20,597 nt of DNA. Source: Thermodesulfovibrionales bacterium (GTDB lineage: Bacteria; Nitrospirota; Thermodesulfovibrionia; Thermodesulfovibrionales; UBA6898). A model generated the notes under the pieces. It worked only from the letters and a program-made list of their open reading frames with translations. It was not told where the DNA came from and ran no database searches. The translations under genes were made by a program, and so were the position numbers. Of this stretch, positions 8,746 through 16,771 are shown piece after piece. The DNA is taken from positions 1-20,597 of the forward strand of contig JBIOIY010000055.1 in NCBI GenBank assembly GCA_044450345.1, read 5' to 3'. The first letter of the stretch is position 1; the number at the start of each line of letters is the position of its first letter.

Positions 8746-8910
8746 AGTAAGGAAGGTGAAGACACTCAGCGAGTCCATATGATCCAGGACGTTCGTAGGC
8801 TGCTTACGCCGCAGCAGGTCCAGGAGCTGGCAGCAGTTAATGACGATGTAGTGAATATGAAGATTGACCGTCTCCTTTTGAGACTTGCGGGCATTGGAAG
8901 AAGGGGTTAA
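8746..8910 (+). pseudogene. 5'-truncated remnant or small protein of the Spy/CpxP (LTxxQ) family
   Basis: Frame absent from the ORF track: ...RVHMIQDVRRLLTPQQVQELAAVNDDVVNMKIDRLLLRLAGIGRRG*. ATG at 8779, in-frame stop upstream at 8743, ends 12 bp before the ECF sigma gene. Confidence 0.5.
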
Positions 8911-8922
8911 CACCAGGGTGGA

Positions 8923-9480
8923 ATGAGCGCACCAGAGGAGATGACAGACGAACGCCTCATCGAAATGGTCCTTTCAGGCAATGATGAGGCGTTCGCCGAA
9001 TTGGTGCGGCGGCATAAGAGGAAAGTGTTTACCATCGTTTCCAGACATGCCAGGGACGATGGCGAGCTCGATGATGTCTGTCAGGAGATATTTATTAAGG
9101 TATACCAGAACCTGAGAAAATATCGCGGCGACGCGCCATTTGAGCACTGGCTGTCCAAGATAGCGGTCAACGCGTGCTATGATATGCTTCGCAGGCGCCG
9201 GCCTGCCGGCGAAGAGGTGCCGTTTGAGACTGTTGAGTATTCACTGAGCAGTCCTTCGGGTGAAGAGATGGGGGGCAATGAGGCATGGGCGATCCTGAGA
9301 AATGCGCTGGCCAAACTATGTCCGGAGGACCGGATGGTGATTACCCTCCTGCATCTCGAGGAGAGGTCTGTGAGCGAAATCTCGGCCCTTACCGGATGGA
9401 GCGGGGCCAAGGTCAAGGTGCGTGCATTCAGGGCACGGAAGGGACTTAAAAGAATCTTGGAGGATAATGATGGAAGATGA
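8923..9480 (+). CDS. ECF-family RNA polymerase sigma factor (RpoE/SigW-like)
   Basis: Region 2 (DDVCQEIFIKVY, FEHWLSKIAVNACYD) and region 4 (SVSEISALTGWSGAKVKVRAFRAR). Confidence 0.93.
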   Translation: MSAPEEMTDERLIEMVLSGNDEAFAELVRRHKRKVFTIVSRHARDDGELDDVCQEIFIKVYQNLRKYRGDAPFEHWLSKIAVNACYDMLRRRRPAGEEVPFETVEYSLSSPSGEEMGGNEAWAILRNALAKLCPEDRMVITLLHLEERSVSEISALTGWSGAKVKVRAFRARKGLKRILEDNDGR

Positions 9481-9778
9481 TCCGAAGGATATAAAGCTTG
9501 AAAAGCTTTTTTCCGCTGCGCGACGGGCCGAGCTTTACGATACGAACATGGAATACGGATTTGAAACGCGCGTTATGGCAAAGATCCGGATGACGCGCGA
9601 AGCGGAGAAGCCGGTCCTTGTATGGGCGTGGAGACTCATCCCCGTCTTTCTCTCGCTCGTTGTTCTTCTGGGGATCTGGACCTCCGCGTCGGAGCCTCCG
9701 CATCTGACCGACCTGAGCGAGGTTGCCGCGATCGGCAATGAAGAGGCGATGCTCATGGCCTCTCTGACGGGTGAGTGA
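9470..9778 (+). CDS. Putative single-TM anti-sigma factor
   Basis: Overlaps the sigma stop, GGAGG at 9459-9463, GFETRVMAKI motif followed by a hydrophobic helix (LIPVFLSLVVLLGIW). Confidence 0.7.
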   Translation: MEDDPKDIKLEKLFSAARRAELYDTNMEYGFETRVMAKIRMTREAEKPVLVWAWRLIPVFLSLVVLLGIWTSASEPPHLTDLSEVAAIGNEEAMLMASLTGE

Positions 9779-9779
9779 G

Positions 9780-10169
9780 ATGAAACAATGGAAAGCGATA
9801 GCGAGCGTTATCCTGGTGTTTTTGCTCGGCGCGATGACGGGCGCTCTGGTGACCCATACTATTTACAGGCAAAAAATGGAAAACATAATCAAAGATGAAC
9901 CAAGGACAATAAGGGAGGTCATTGTCCAGAGGCTGGACCGAAAGCTTAGCCTCGACCCGGCTCAATTAGAACAGGTGCGCGCGATCGTAAGGGAGACACA
10001 CTCTGAGATGAAGAACGTGCGCAAACAGATCAGGCCCCAGATAGATGAGATACTGACGCGTTCTCAGGCCAAAGTTCGTGCCATACTGCGTCCTGACCAG
10101 CTTGAGAAGTATGAAAAAATACTCGCTGAACGAAAGAAGAGACGTGAGACTGAGGAAAATAATAAATAG
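9780..10169 (+). CDS. Exported helical protein, Spy/CpxP or periplasmic heavy-metal-sensor-like
   Basis: N-terminal hydrophobic anchor, LSLDPAQ and ILRPDQLEKY (LTxxQ-like) motifs. Third gene of the ECF cluster. Confidence 0.7.
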   Translation: MKQWKAIASVILVFLLGAMTGALVTHTIYRQKMENIIKDEPRTIREVIVQRLDRKLSLDPAQLEQVRAIVRETHSEMKNVRKQIRPQIDEILTRSQAKVRAILRPDQLEKYEKILAERKKRRETEENNK

Positions 10170-10289
10170 GCAGCAGAGGTTTTTTGTTAAAAAAAAGTTA
10201 AGAAATTGACGGAAATGTACGATAATGGCATTAAGGATTGTGAGTCGCTCGAAAAACGGCGGCAGTTGACAAAAAGAAAGGGGGTTGAG

Positions 10290-10634
10290 ATGTATTATTC
10301 ACGAGACAGGATTTTGTTGTGCAACGTCTGTAAGCGGGAATACACTTCCTTTCACTTTGAAGCCAGACCTGGGCACAAGGTGTACGTCTGCAAGGACTGC
10401 CTCGACTCGGCAATGTCCAATTTTATCTGGATATGCCTCAACTGCGGGAACTCCTATCACAGGCCCAAGGAAGTAGTTATGGGCAGGATCTATGATTACG
10501 GCATCAAGGAGGCTTCTTTCCTTTGTGAAAGCCAGATCATCCAGGGGATCGATGCCTGCATGCAGTGTAATCCTGAGCTAATAGCAGAATATTCGGGCAA
10601 GTTGAGGGATTGTGCGTTATTACCCTCGAAATAA
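10290..10634 (+). CDS. Hypothetical Cys-rich (4 x CxxC) metal-binding protein
   Basis: CNVC, CKDC, CLNC and CMQC. ATG 10290 follows AAAGGGGG. Confidence 0.7.
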   Translation: MYYSRDRILLCNVCKREYTSFHFEARPGHKVYVCKDCLDSAMSNFIWICLNCGNSYHRPKEVVMGRIYDYGIKEASFLCESQIIQGIDACMQCNPELIAEYSGKLRDCALLPSK

Positions 10635-10723
10635 TTAATTTCCAAAAATCCTGAAGGACGCTCATTCGCATCCGCACCGGCGAATACAAGATATTCGGCT
10701 TTCTTTCCCACAGGTTCCTATCC

Positions 10724-10764
10724 TTTACCCCGTTAGAATGTCGATGGCCTTCTAACGGGGTTTA
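10724..10764. repeat. 41-bp palindromic dispersed repeat, copy 1
   Basis: TTT-ACCCCGTTAGAA-N11-TTCTAACGGGGT-TTA with a perfect 12-bp stem. Same arms at 19603-19643. Confidence 0.9.
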
Positions 10765-10816
10765 CAAAGAGTTCCCTTTTATTTATCATTGTACATATGC
10801 GAAAAGGACGACCCAC

Positions 10817-12550
10817 GTGAAGACCCTCCGGCTTGCCCTTGCCCAGATCAATCCCACGGTCGGAGACCTTGCCGGCAATTCAAAAAAAATCCTTGAATAT
10901 GTGAAAAAGGCGAAACGTAAAAAAGCGGATATCGTTGTCTTTCCCGAGCTTGCAGTTACAGGGTACCCGCCGGAAGACCTCGTGCTCAAGCCGCAGTTTA
11001 TATCTGATAATATCGCTGCAGTAAAGAAGATCAGCCGCGGGATATCCGGGATAGTCGCGGTGACCGGGTTTGTCGACCGGGGGAAGGGCGGAGATATTTA
11101 CAATGCAGCGGCCCTTATCGCGGAAGGACGTATCGCAGATGTCTACCACAAGATACTGCTTCCGAACTACGGGGTCTTCGACGAGTTCAGATATTTCAGG
11201 CCCGGCCGGAGGTCGCCGGTTTACCAGCTCGGCAGGGCAAAGGTCGGGATCAATATATGCGAGGACATTTGGCACAGTCAGGGGCCCGCCTGTGCGCAGT
11301 CCCTTGCGGGGGCCGAGCTTATTTTGAATATAAACGCTTCGCCGTACGAGCGGGGGAAACCCGAGACCCGTGAGAAGATCCTTTATAAGAGGTCGACAGA
11401 AAACTCCCTGATGATAGCATATGTGAATACCGTCGGCGGCCAGGATGAGTTGGTATTCGACGGGCTCAGCATGGTCTTTGACCACAGGGGCCGCAAGATC
11501 GCCGCGGGAAAGCAGTTCGTGGAGGAGATGATGGTTGTCGACTTGGACCTGGGGGAGACAAGAAAATTCAGAAGAGAAAAGGCATCAAAAGAGGGGCGTG
11601 TGTCACGGGCCTTGACCTGCCCCGCGAAAAAAGTGCGGATACCTTCGCCTGAATTCTCCTGCCGTAGGCCCGCGCCCTGTTCGGTGGAACCCCGTCTGGC
11701 AAAGGATGAGGAGATTTACAGGGCCCTCGTGCTCGGTACTTCAGACTACGTAAGAAAGAACGGATTTAAGTGGGTCGTTATAGGCCTCAGCGGCGGGATC
11801 GACTCTTCTCTTGTTGCAGCGATAGCAGCCGATGCAATCGGGAAAGAAAATGTGACCGGCCTTTTTATGCCTTCGCAGTTCACTTCACGTGAAAGCAGGG
11901 AAGACGCGTATGGACTTGCAAAGGGTCTGGGCATCGGGATAAGGGAAATATCCATCAGCCGCGTCCTGGAGGGATATCTGAAGGAACTCAACCCCCATTT
12001 CAAGGGAAGAGAGAGGGACATCACTGAGGAAAACCTCCAGGCCAGGATAAGAGGGAACCTCCTTATGGCCTTTTCTAACAAATTCGGCTGGCTCGTCCTC
12101 ACGACGGGGAACAAGTCGGAGATGAGTGTGGGGTACGCCACTCTCTATGGCGACATGGCAGGCGGTTTTGCGGTTATAAAAGACGTGCCGAAGACTCTCG
12201 TGTACGACCTCTGCAGGTGGAGAAATTCAGCCCGTGAGGCGCCGGTGATACCAGCCAGGGTCTTATTGAAGGAGCCGACGGCGGAACTGAGGCCGGGACA
12301 GAAAGATACCGATACGCTTCCGCCCTATGAGGTCCTCGATCCTGTGCTTAAGGCCTATGTAGAGGATGAATTGAGTTTCGAGGAGATCCTGAAGCTGGGC
12401 TGCGATAATGAAAGTGCGCGCAAGGTCATCCGCATGGTGGATAAGAGCGAATATAAGCGTAGACAGTCACCTCCGGGCATAAAGATCACCGCCAGGGCGT
12501 TCGGCAGGGACAGGCGCTTTCCTATAACAAACAAGTACAGGAGTTACTGA
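10817..12550 (+). CDS. nadE: Glutamine-dependent NAD+ synthetase
   Basis: Nitrilase domain with E-K-C triad (FPELAVTGY, YHKILLPNY, ICEDIW) fused to a synthetase domain (GLSGGIDS, ENLQARIRG, TGNKSE, GYATLYGD). GTG start. Confidence 0.96.
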   Translation: MKTLRLALAQINPTVGDLAGNSKKILEYVKKAKRKKADIVVFPELAVTGYPPEDLVLKPQFISDNIAAVKKISRGISGIVAVTGFVDRGKGGDIYNAAALIAEGRIADVYHKILLPNYGVFDEFRYFRPGRRSPVYQLGRAKVGINICEDIWHSQGPACAQSLAGAELILNINASPYERGKPETREKILYKRSTENSLMIAYVNTVGGQDELVFDGLSMVFDHRGRKIAAGKQFVEEMMVVDLDLGETRKFRREKASKEGRVSRALTCPAKKVRIPSPEFSCRRPAPCSVEPRLAKDEEIYRALVLGTSDYVRKNGFKWVVIGLSGGIDSSLVAAIAADAIGKENVTGLFMPSQFTSRESREDAYGLAKGLGIGIREISISRVLEGYLKELNPHFKGRERDITEENLQARIRGNLLMAFSNKFGWLVLTTGNKSEMSVGYATLYGDMAGGFAVIKDVPKTLVYDLCRWRNSAREAPVIPARVLLKEPTAELRPGQKDTDTLPPYEVLDPVLKAYVEDELSFEEILKLGCDNESARKVIRMVDKSEYKRRQSPPGIKITARAFGRDRRFPITNKYRSY

Positions 12551-12732
12551 TGGAAGAGCTGAGGGTTTGTCAGAGCTGTGATTACCAGAAGGGTTTCCAT
12601 CTCTATTTCAAGAAGGTCAGGGGACGGATCAGGATATGTCTTATCTGTCCGAAATGCGGGCAGTCATATGATGTGGGTTGGTCGACCTCGACCATCAAGT
12701 CATTTAAGACAAAACAGGGGATAATCTACTGA
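12550..12732 (+). CDS. Small zinc-ribbon-like hypothetical protein
   Basis: CQSC and CLICPKC. 1-nt TGATG overlaps with both neighbours. Confidence 0.7.
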   Translation: MEELRVCQSCDYQKGFHLYFKKVRGRIRICLICPKCGQSYDVGWSTSTIKSFKTKQGIIY

Positions 12733-12983
12733 TGAGGCCGGCGCATATACTCCTGACGGCGACCCTGCTGCTCTTCTCTGCGTTCCCCGCATTTCCCTCG
12801 GCGAAAGAGGACTTTCCCATTAAAAAACAGCCTGAGCTCCAGCAGATCAAACCGAAAAAACCCGTCAAGATCAAGCTGAAGAGGACCGCCAAAGACGAAT
12901 ACAGCTGGGAGCTCAGCGGCGACGACGTCGAAGAGATCGTCAGGACCGACCACCGGCTGAGAAAGCTGCTGAATGTCAAATAA
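12732..12983 (+). CDS. Small exported hypothetical protein
   Basis: Signal-peptide-like N-terminus (MRPAHILLTATLLLFSAFPAFPSA); coupled to the upstream ORF. Confidence 0.7.
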   Translation: MRPAHILLTATLLLFSAFPAFPSAKEDFPIKKQPELQQIKPKKPVKIKLKRTAKDEYSWELSGDDVEEIVRTDHRLRKLLNVK

Positions 12984-13007
12984 TCCGTCCCGCATTCTCA
13001 AATAGAC

Positions 13008-13838
13008 ATGGCCAAAGGCACGCTGTACATTGTATCCACGCCCATAGGCAACCTGGAGGACATCACCCTTAGGGCAATTCGCATCCTCAAAGAGGTCGAC
13101 GTGATCGCTGCGGAAGATACGAGACACACACTTAAACTTCTGAACTATTACGGAATATCAAAGCCCCTGATCAGCTATTGGGGGGAAAAGGAAAGGGCGA
13201 AGGCTGAAGAGGTAATGGGGAGACTCAGTACGGGGAATTCAGTCGCGCTCGTATCCGACGCGGGGACGCCCGGCATCTCCGACCCGGGGAGTGTGCTGAT
13301 AAAGAGGGCCATCGAGGAGGATATTCAGGTAGTGCCCGTGCCCGGGCCGACCGCCCTGATCGCAGCGCTTACCATATCAGGGTTTTCAACCGAGGAGTTT
13401 GTCTTTTGCGGGTTTCTGCCTGCGAAGCAGTCCCAAAGAAGGAAATTTCTGGAAGAGTTGAGCCTCGAACGAAGAACCGTCGTAATTTATGAGTCGCCGC
13501 ACAGGGTCCTTGAGTCCATGGCTGAAATAGCGGATATTTTCGGCGAAAGGAGCATGGTCCTGGCGAAGGAGATCACGAAACTTCATGAGGAGGTCTTAAG
13601 AGGAACCGTGTCCGGGGTATTCGCGAGCCTCGGGGAGTCAAAGATCGTAGGTGAATATGTCCTGGTCATCGAAGGCAACCCGGGGGTGGAAAGCGGACAT
13701 CGGGAGGAAGACGCGATAAGGGAGATCAGGTCGCTTATGAGAAAGGGCCTGGGCAGAAAAGATGCGGTCAAACGAGTTGCCGAGCAGTATGGACTGAGCA
13801 GGAAAGAACTCTACGACCGGAGTCTGGAAGGGGATTGA
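13008..13838 (+). CDS. rsmI: 16S rRNA (cytidine1402-2'-O)-methyltransferase
   Basis: Motifs LYIVSTPIGNLEDITLRA, AAEDTR, LVSDAGTPGISDPG, YESPHR and EITKLHEE. Confidence 0.96.
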   Translation: MAKGTLYIVSTPIGNLEDITLRAIRILKEVDVIAAEDTRHTLKLLNYYGISKPLISYWGEKERAKAEEVMGRLSTGNSVALVSDAGTPGISDPGSVLIKRAIEEDIQVVPVPGPTALIAALTISGFSTEEFVFCGFLPAKQSQRRKFLEELSLERRTVVIYESPHRVLESMAEIADIFGERSMVLAKEITKLHEEVLRGTVSGVFASLGESKIVGEYVLVIEGNPGVESGHREEDAIREIRSLMRKGLGRKDAVKRVAEQYGLSRKELYDRSLEGD

Positions 13839-13842
13839 CATT

Positions 13843-15369
13843 ATGCTCCTCCACCAACATTTTGTCCGCATCGCAAAGAGATTCGGCGGTAAGCCCGCTT
13901 TTATAGACCGGAGCGCAGACAGGCGCGTCACGTATTCAAAGGCCCTCATCACTTCTCTCATCCTCGCCGAGAAATTCAGGAGATATGAAAAGAGACACGT
14001 GGGCATTATGATCCCGACTTCGGCCGGCTGTTCACTTTCGGTCCTCGGCGTGCTGATGAGCGGGAGGACGCCTGTCATGATCAATTATTCAACGGGTGCG
14101 GAACGGAACGCCCGGTACGCCCAGAAGAAGTGCGGGTTCAAAACTATCGTCACGTCAAAGGCACTGCTTGAGAAGATCGGTTGCCGTGCAGTCGACGGGA
14201 TGGTCTTTCTTGAAGACATCATGGCAGGGGTGTCGATTACAGACAAATTGAGGGCTTGCCTTATCGCTAAACTTCCGGTCCCGCATATCCTCAAAAGGAT
14301 TCACGCAGGAGATGAAGATGACGACATTGTCATCCTCTTTACGAGCGGGAGCGAAAAAGACCCGAAGGCGGTCGAGCTTACGCACAGGAATATCGCTTCG
14401 AATATCCGAAGTTTCAGCAAGGTCGTGACGCTTTCCCATGAAGACCGGATGCTCGCCAATCTCCCTTTCTTCCATGTGTTCGGCCTGACTATCAACATGT
14501 GGACGCCCTTGTTCCACGGGATGACGGTTATCACCTATGCCGACCCGCTCGATTACCGGGTGATCTGCGATATTACAAGGGAAGAAAAACCTTCGATAAT
14601 GGTCGGCACCCCGAGTTTCTTATGGGGGTACCTTCGCAGGTCCGAAAAAGGTGATTTCAAGAGTCTGCGCCTTGTCATCAGCGGTGCGGACAAGTGTCCG
14701 GAAGCGCTCAGGGAAGGATTTTACAGGGAACACGGCATAACACTTCATGAAGGTTACGGGGCGACCGAGACGTCTCCGGTGATCTCGACCAACACCCCTG
14801 ACTGCAACAGGCAGGGCAGCATCGGCAAAGTACTGCCGGGCGTGCAGGTGAGGATCGAAAACTATGAGACCGGCGGGGACTGTCTTCCCGGGGAATCGGG
14901 GCGGATCATGGTAAAGGGCGACATTGTGATGAAGGGTTACTTCAATGACTTCGAAGAGACCTCAATGCGCATCCGTCACGGATGGTACGACACCGGAGAC
15001 ATGGGGTTTGTCGACGAGGACGGGTTCCTCTGGCATGCGGGAAGGCTCAGGAGGTTCATAAAGATCGGCGGGGAGATGGTCTCCCTCGTCAACGTGGAAA
15101 ACGTGTTGGAAAGATTCCTTCCGGAAAACGTGTCCTGCTGCGTGGTCGAGGTCCCGGACCCGGGCAAAGGTGCGAAGGTTGTTGCGGCCGTGACGAAGCC
15201 GATCGACGGGAAGAAGATAGTGAAGCAGATGGCCGGACATCTTCCGAATATCGCCCTCCCGAGGCAGATGGTGGTCATAGAAGAGCTCCCTAAGATGGGA
15301 AGTGGAAAGATAGATTTCAGGGCCGTGACGGAAATGGTGAACGAACGGCTGCGGAAAAAGTGTCCCTAA
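13843..15369 (+). CDS. AMP-binding acyl-ACP/acyl-CoA synthetase, Aas C-terminal-domain-like
   Basis: Motifs LFTSGSEKDPKAVELTHRN, LPFFHVFG, EGYGATETSP, WYDTGD, KIGGEMVSL and LPKMGSGKIDF. Confidence 0.9.
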   Translation: MLLHQHFVRIAKRFGGKPAFIDRSADRRVTYSKALITSLILAEKFRRYEKRHVGIMIPTSAGCSLSVLGVLMSGRTPVMINYSTGAERNARYAQKKCGFKTIVTSKALLEKIGCRAVDGMVFLEDIMAGVSITDKLRACLIAKLPVPHILKRIHAGDEDDDIVILFTSGSEKDPKAVELTHRNIASNIRSFSKVVTLSHEDRMLANLPFFHVFGLTINMWTPLFHGMTVITYADPLDYRVICDITREEKPSIMVGTPSFLWGYLRRSEKGDFKSLRLVISGADKCPEALREGFYREHGITLHEGYGATETSPVISTNTPDCNRQGSIGKVLPGVQVRIENYETGGDCLPGESGRIMVKGDIVMKGYFNDFEETSMRIRHGWYDTGDMGFVDEDGFLWHAGRLRRFIKIGGEMVSLVNVENVLERFLPENVSCCVVEVPDPGKGAKVVAAVTKPIDGKKIVKQMAGHLPNIALPRQMVVIEELPKMGSGKIDFRAVTEMVNERLRKKCP

Positions 15370-15426
15370 TTCATGTATCATTTTGATAAGAGAATATATC
15401 TGAGGATTGTTTTTTAAGGAGCGGAC

Positions 15427-16548
15427 ATGTCAAAAGTCTATTTTGCATCTGCACGGGTTAGGAAATGGAGATATGAAGAGAGCATGCCGGGAAAACTCGA
15501 GTCGCTCCTGAAGGAGATCGGGCTGATGAATTACTTCAGCCCCGAAGAGTGGGTGGCGGTGAAGACCCATTTCGGTTCCGAGGGGGCGCACAGGACCGTG
15601 AGGCCGGTTTTCCTCGGAAAGGTCGTCGAAGCGCTGAAGAGAATTGGGGCAAAACCCTTTGTGACGGACACCGTGAGGATCAAGGGCCTTGATTATCTGG
15701 AAGTCGCCAACCGAAACGGGATAAACCATCTTTCTGTGGGAGCACCTGTAGTCATCGCAGACGGGCTTTACGGAAACGATAACGTGATCGTGAAGGCCGG
15801 CGAACTGCTCGGCGAGGTGGCGGTGGCGTCTCTCATCCATGACGTTCCGGCAATGGTCGTATGCTCGCACGTCAAAGGCCATATCAACGCGGGATACGCC
15901 GGTGCGATCAAAAACCTTGCGATGGGAGGGGTGAGCGCCTCCCACCGCACCTGCGGGTGGAAATGCGGAAGGGGCGCGATGCATACGATCGGGGAAGGAG
16001 ACTTAGTCTGGGACGCGGAAAAATGTGAACTCTGCTACCAATGCAGGGACATCTGTCCCATGGACTCTATACAGTTCAAAGAAGACGAGCTCGTGTGGGA
16101 AGGCGACAATTGCTGGAGGTGCGGCAGGTGCGAAAGGGTATGCCAGGCCGAAGCGCTCACCATGCCCGGTGATAATGATAGGTTTATGAAGTCTCTTGCG
16201 GAATCCGCCGCAGCGGTGCTGGGGACATTTGAGCCGAATAAGGTGATCTTTGCGAACTTTTTGACGGAGATCCAGCCTGAATGCGACTGCATGCCCGCAG
16301 CAGACGTCCCCGTGATACAGGATGCGGGGATACTTCTTTCCGACGACCTCGTGGCGATAGAACAGGCGAGCATCGATATCCTCCTCAATTCTGAGCCGTT
16401 GCCCGGTTCCCTTGCTTTTGACAGACAGGCAACCGCCGGCGAGGACGTCCTGCTGAAACTTCACGACAAACCCTATCTGCTTCAGGTGGAAGAGGCCGCG
16501 AGACTCGGGCTGGGTGACAGGAAATATGAGCTGAAAGAGATTGGTTAA
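15427..16548 (+). CDS. DUF362-domain Fe-S protein with a 2x[4Fe-4S] ferredoxin-like insert
   Basis: MSKVYF, AVKTHFG, SHVKGH, GAIKNLAMG, CELCYQCRDICP, CWRCGRCERVC and PECDC. Confidence 0.88.
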   Translation: MSKVYFASARVRKWRYEESMPGKLESLLKEIGLMNYFSPEEWVAVKTHFGSEGAHRTVRPVFLGKVVEALKRIGAKPFVTDTVRIKGLDYLEVANRNGINHLSVGAPVVIADGLYGNDNVIVKAGELLGEVAVASLIHDVPAMVVCSHVKGHINAGYAGAIKNLAMGGVSASHRTCGWKCGRGAMHTIGEGDLVWDAEKCELCYQCRDICPMDSIQFKEDELVWEGDNCWRCGRCERVCQAEALTMPGDNDRFMKSLAESAAAVLGTFEPNKVIFANFLTEIQPECDCMPAADVPVIQDAGILLSDDLVAIEQASIDILLNSEPLPGSLAFDRQATAGEDVLLKLHDKPYLLQVEEAARLGLGDRKYELKEIG

Positions 16549-16585
16549 AAAAAAGTGCTGCTGCCCGTGGGATGTGGGCAGCAGC
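16547..16585 (-). terminator. Intrinsic terminator oriented for a minus-strand transcript
   Basis: Perfect 10-bp stem GCTGCTGCCC/GGGCAGCAGC (16557-16585). The A8 run at 16547-16554 gives a U8 tail on the minus strand; the plus strand has only TT after the stem. Confidence 0.75.
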
Positions 16586-16611
16586 TTAGGGGAGGTAACG
16601 AGGCGCTTAAT
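16547..16611 (-). ncRNA. Candidate ~65-nt small RNA with an anti-SD motif
   Basis: Minus-strand promoter TTGACT-N17-(TGg)TTTTAT at 16646-16618, a body containing ACCTCCCC, then the terminator. No ORF. Confidence 0.5.
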
Positions 16612-16736
16612 GGTTATATAAAACCAAACTCTGGGGGCAAAGTCAAGTAAAAAAAACAGGTAGCCTATTAATTCTAACTTTAGAAACTTTTTGCCTTTTT
16701 TTGTTTCGGCAAGTGTCAGGCCTTTCCCTTTCGGCG

Positions 16737-16765
16737 TTGTAATTTGGCATGATATTGATTATGCT
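16737..16765 (+). promoter_or_regulatory. Putative sigma70 promoter giving a leaderless transcript
   Basis: TTGTAA (16737-16742), 17-bp spacer, TATGCT (16760-16765). Predicted +1 falls on the A of ATG 16772; no SD present. Confidence 0.45.
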
Positions 16766-16771
16766 ACTTTT

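Noticed and set aside
8647..8913. 88-aa minus-strand ORF
   Set aside because: No recognisable motif or RBS; the opposite strand carries the more protein-like LTxxQ frame.
10724..10764. 41-bp palindromes as integron attC sites (they contain GTTAGA and TCTAAC)
   Set aside because: The core order is reversed (GTT precedes AAC), they are too short, and there is no integrase or cassette array.
15376..15388. TATCA-TTT-TGATA palindrome upstream of the DUF362 gene
   Set aside because: Only 5-bp arms in AT-rich spacer DNA and no second copy noticed; not distinguishable from chance.
16744..16760. TGGCATGATATTGAT as a sigma54 promoter
   Set aside because: There is no GC at the -12 position and the spacing is off by one.
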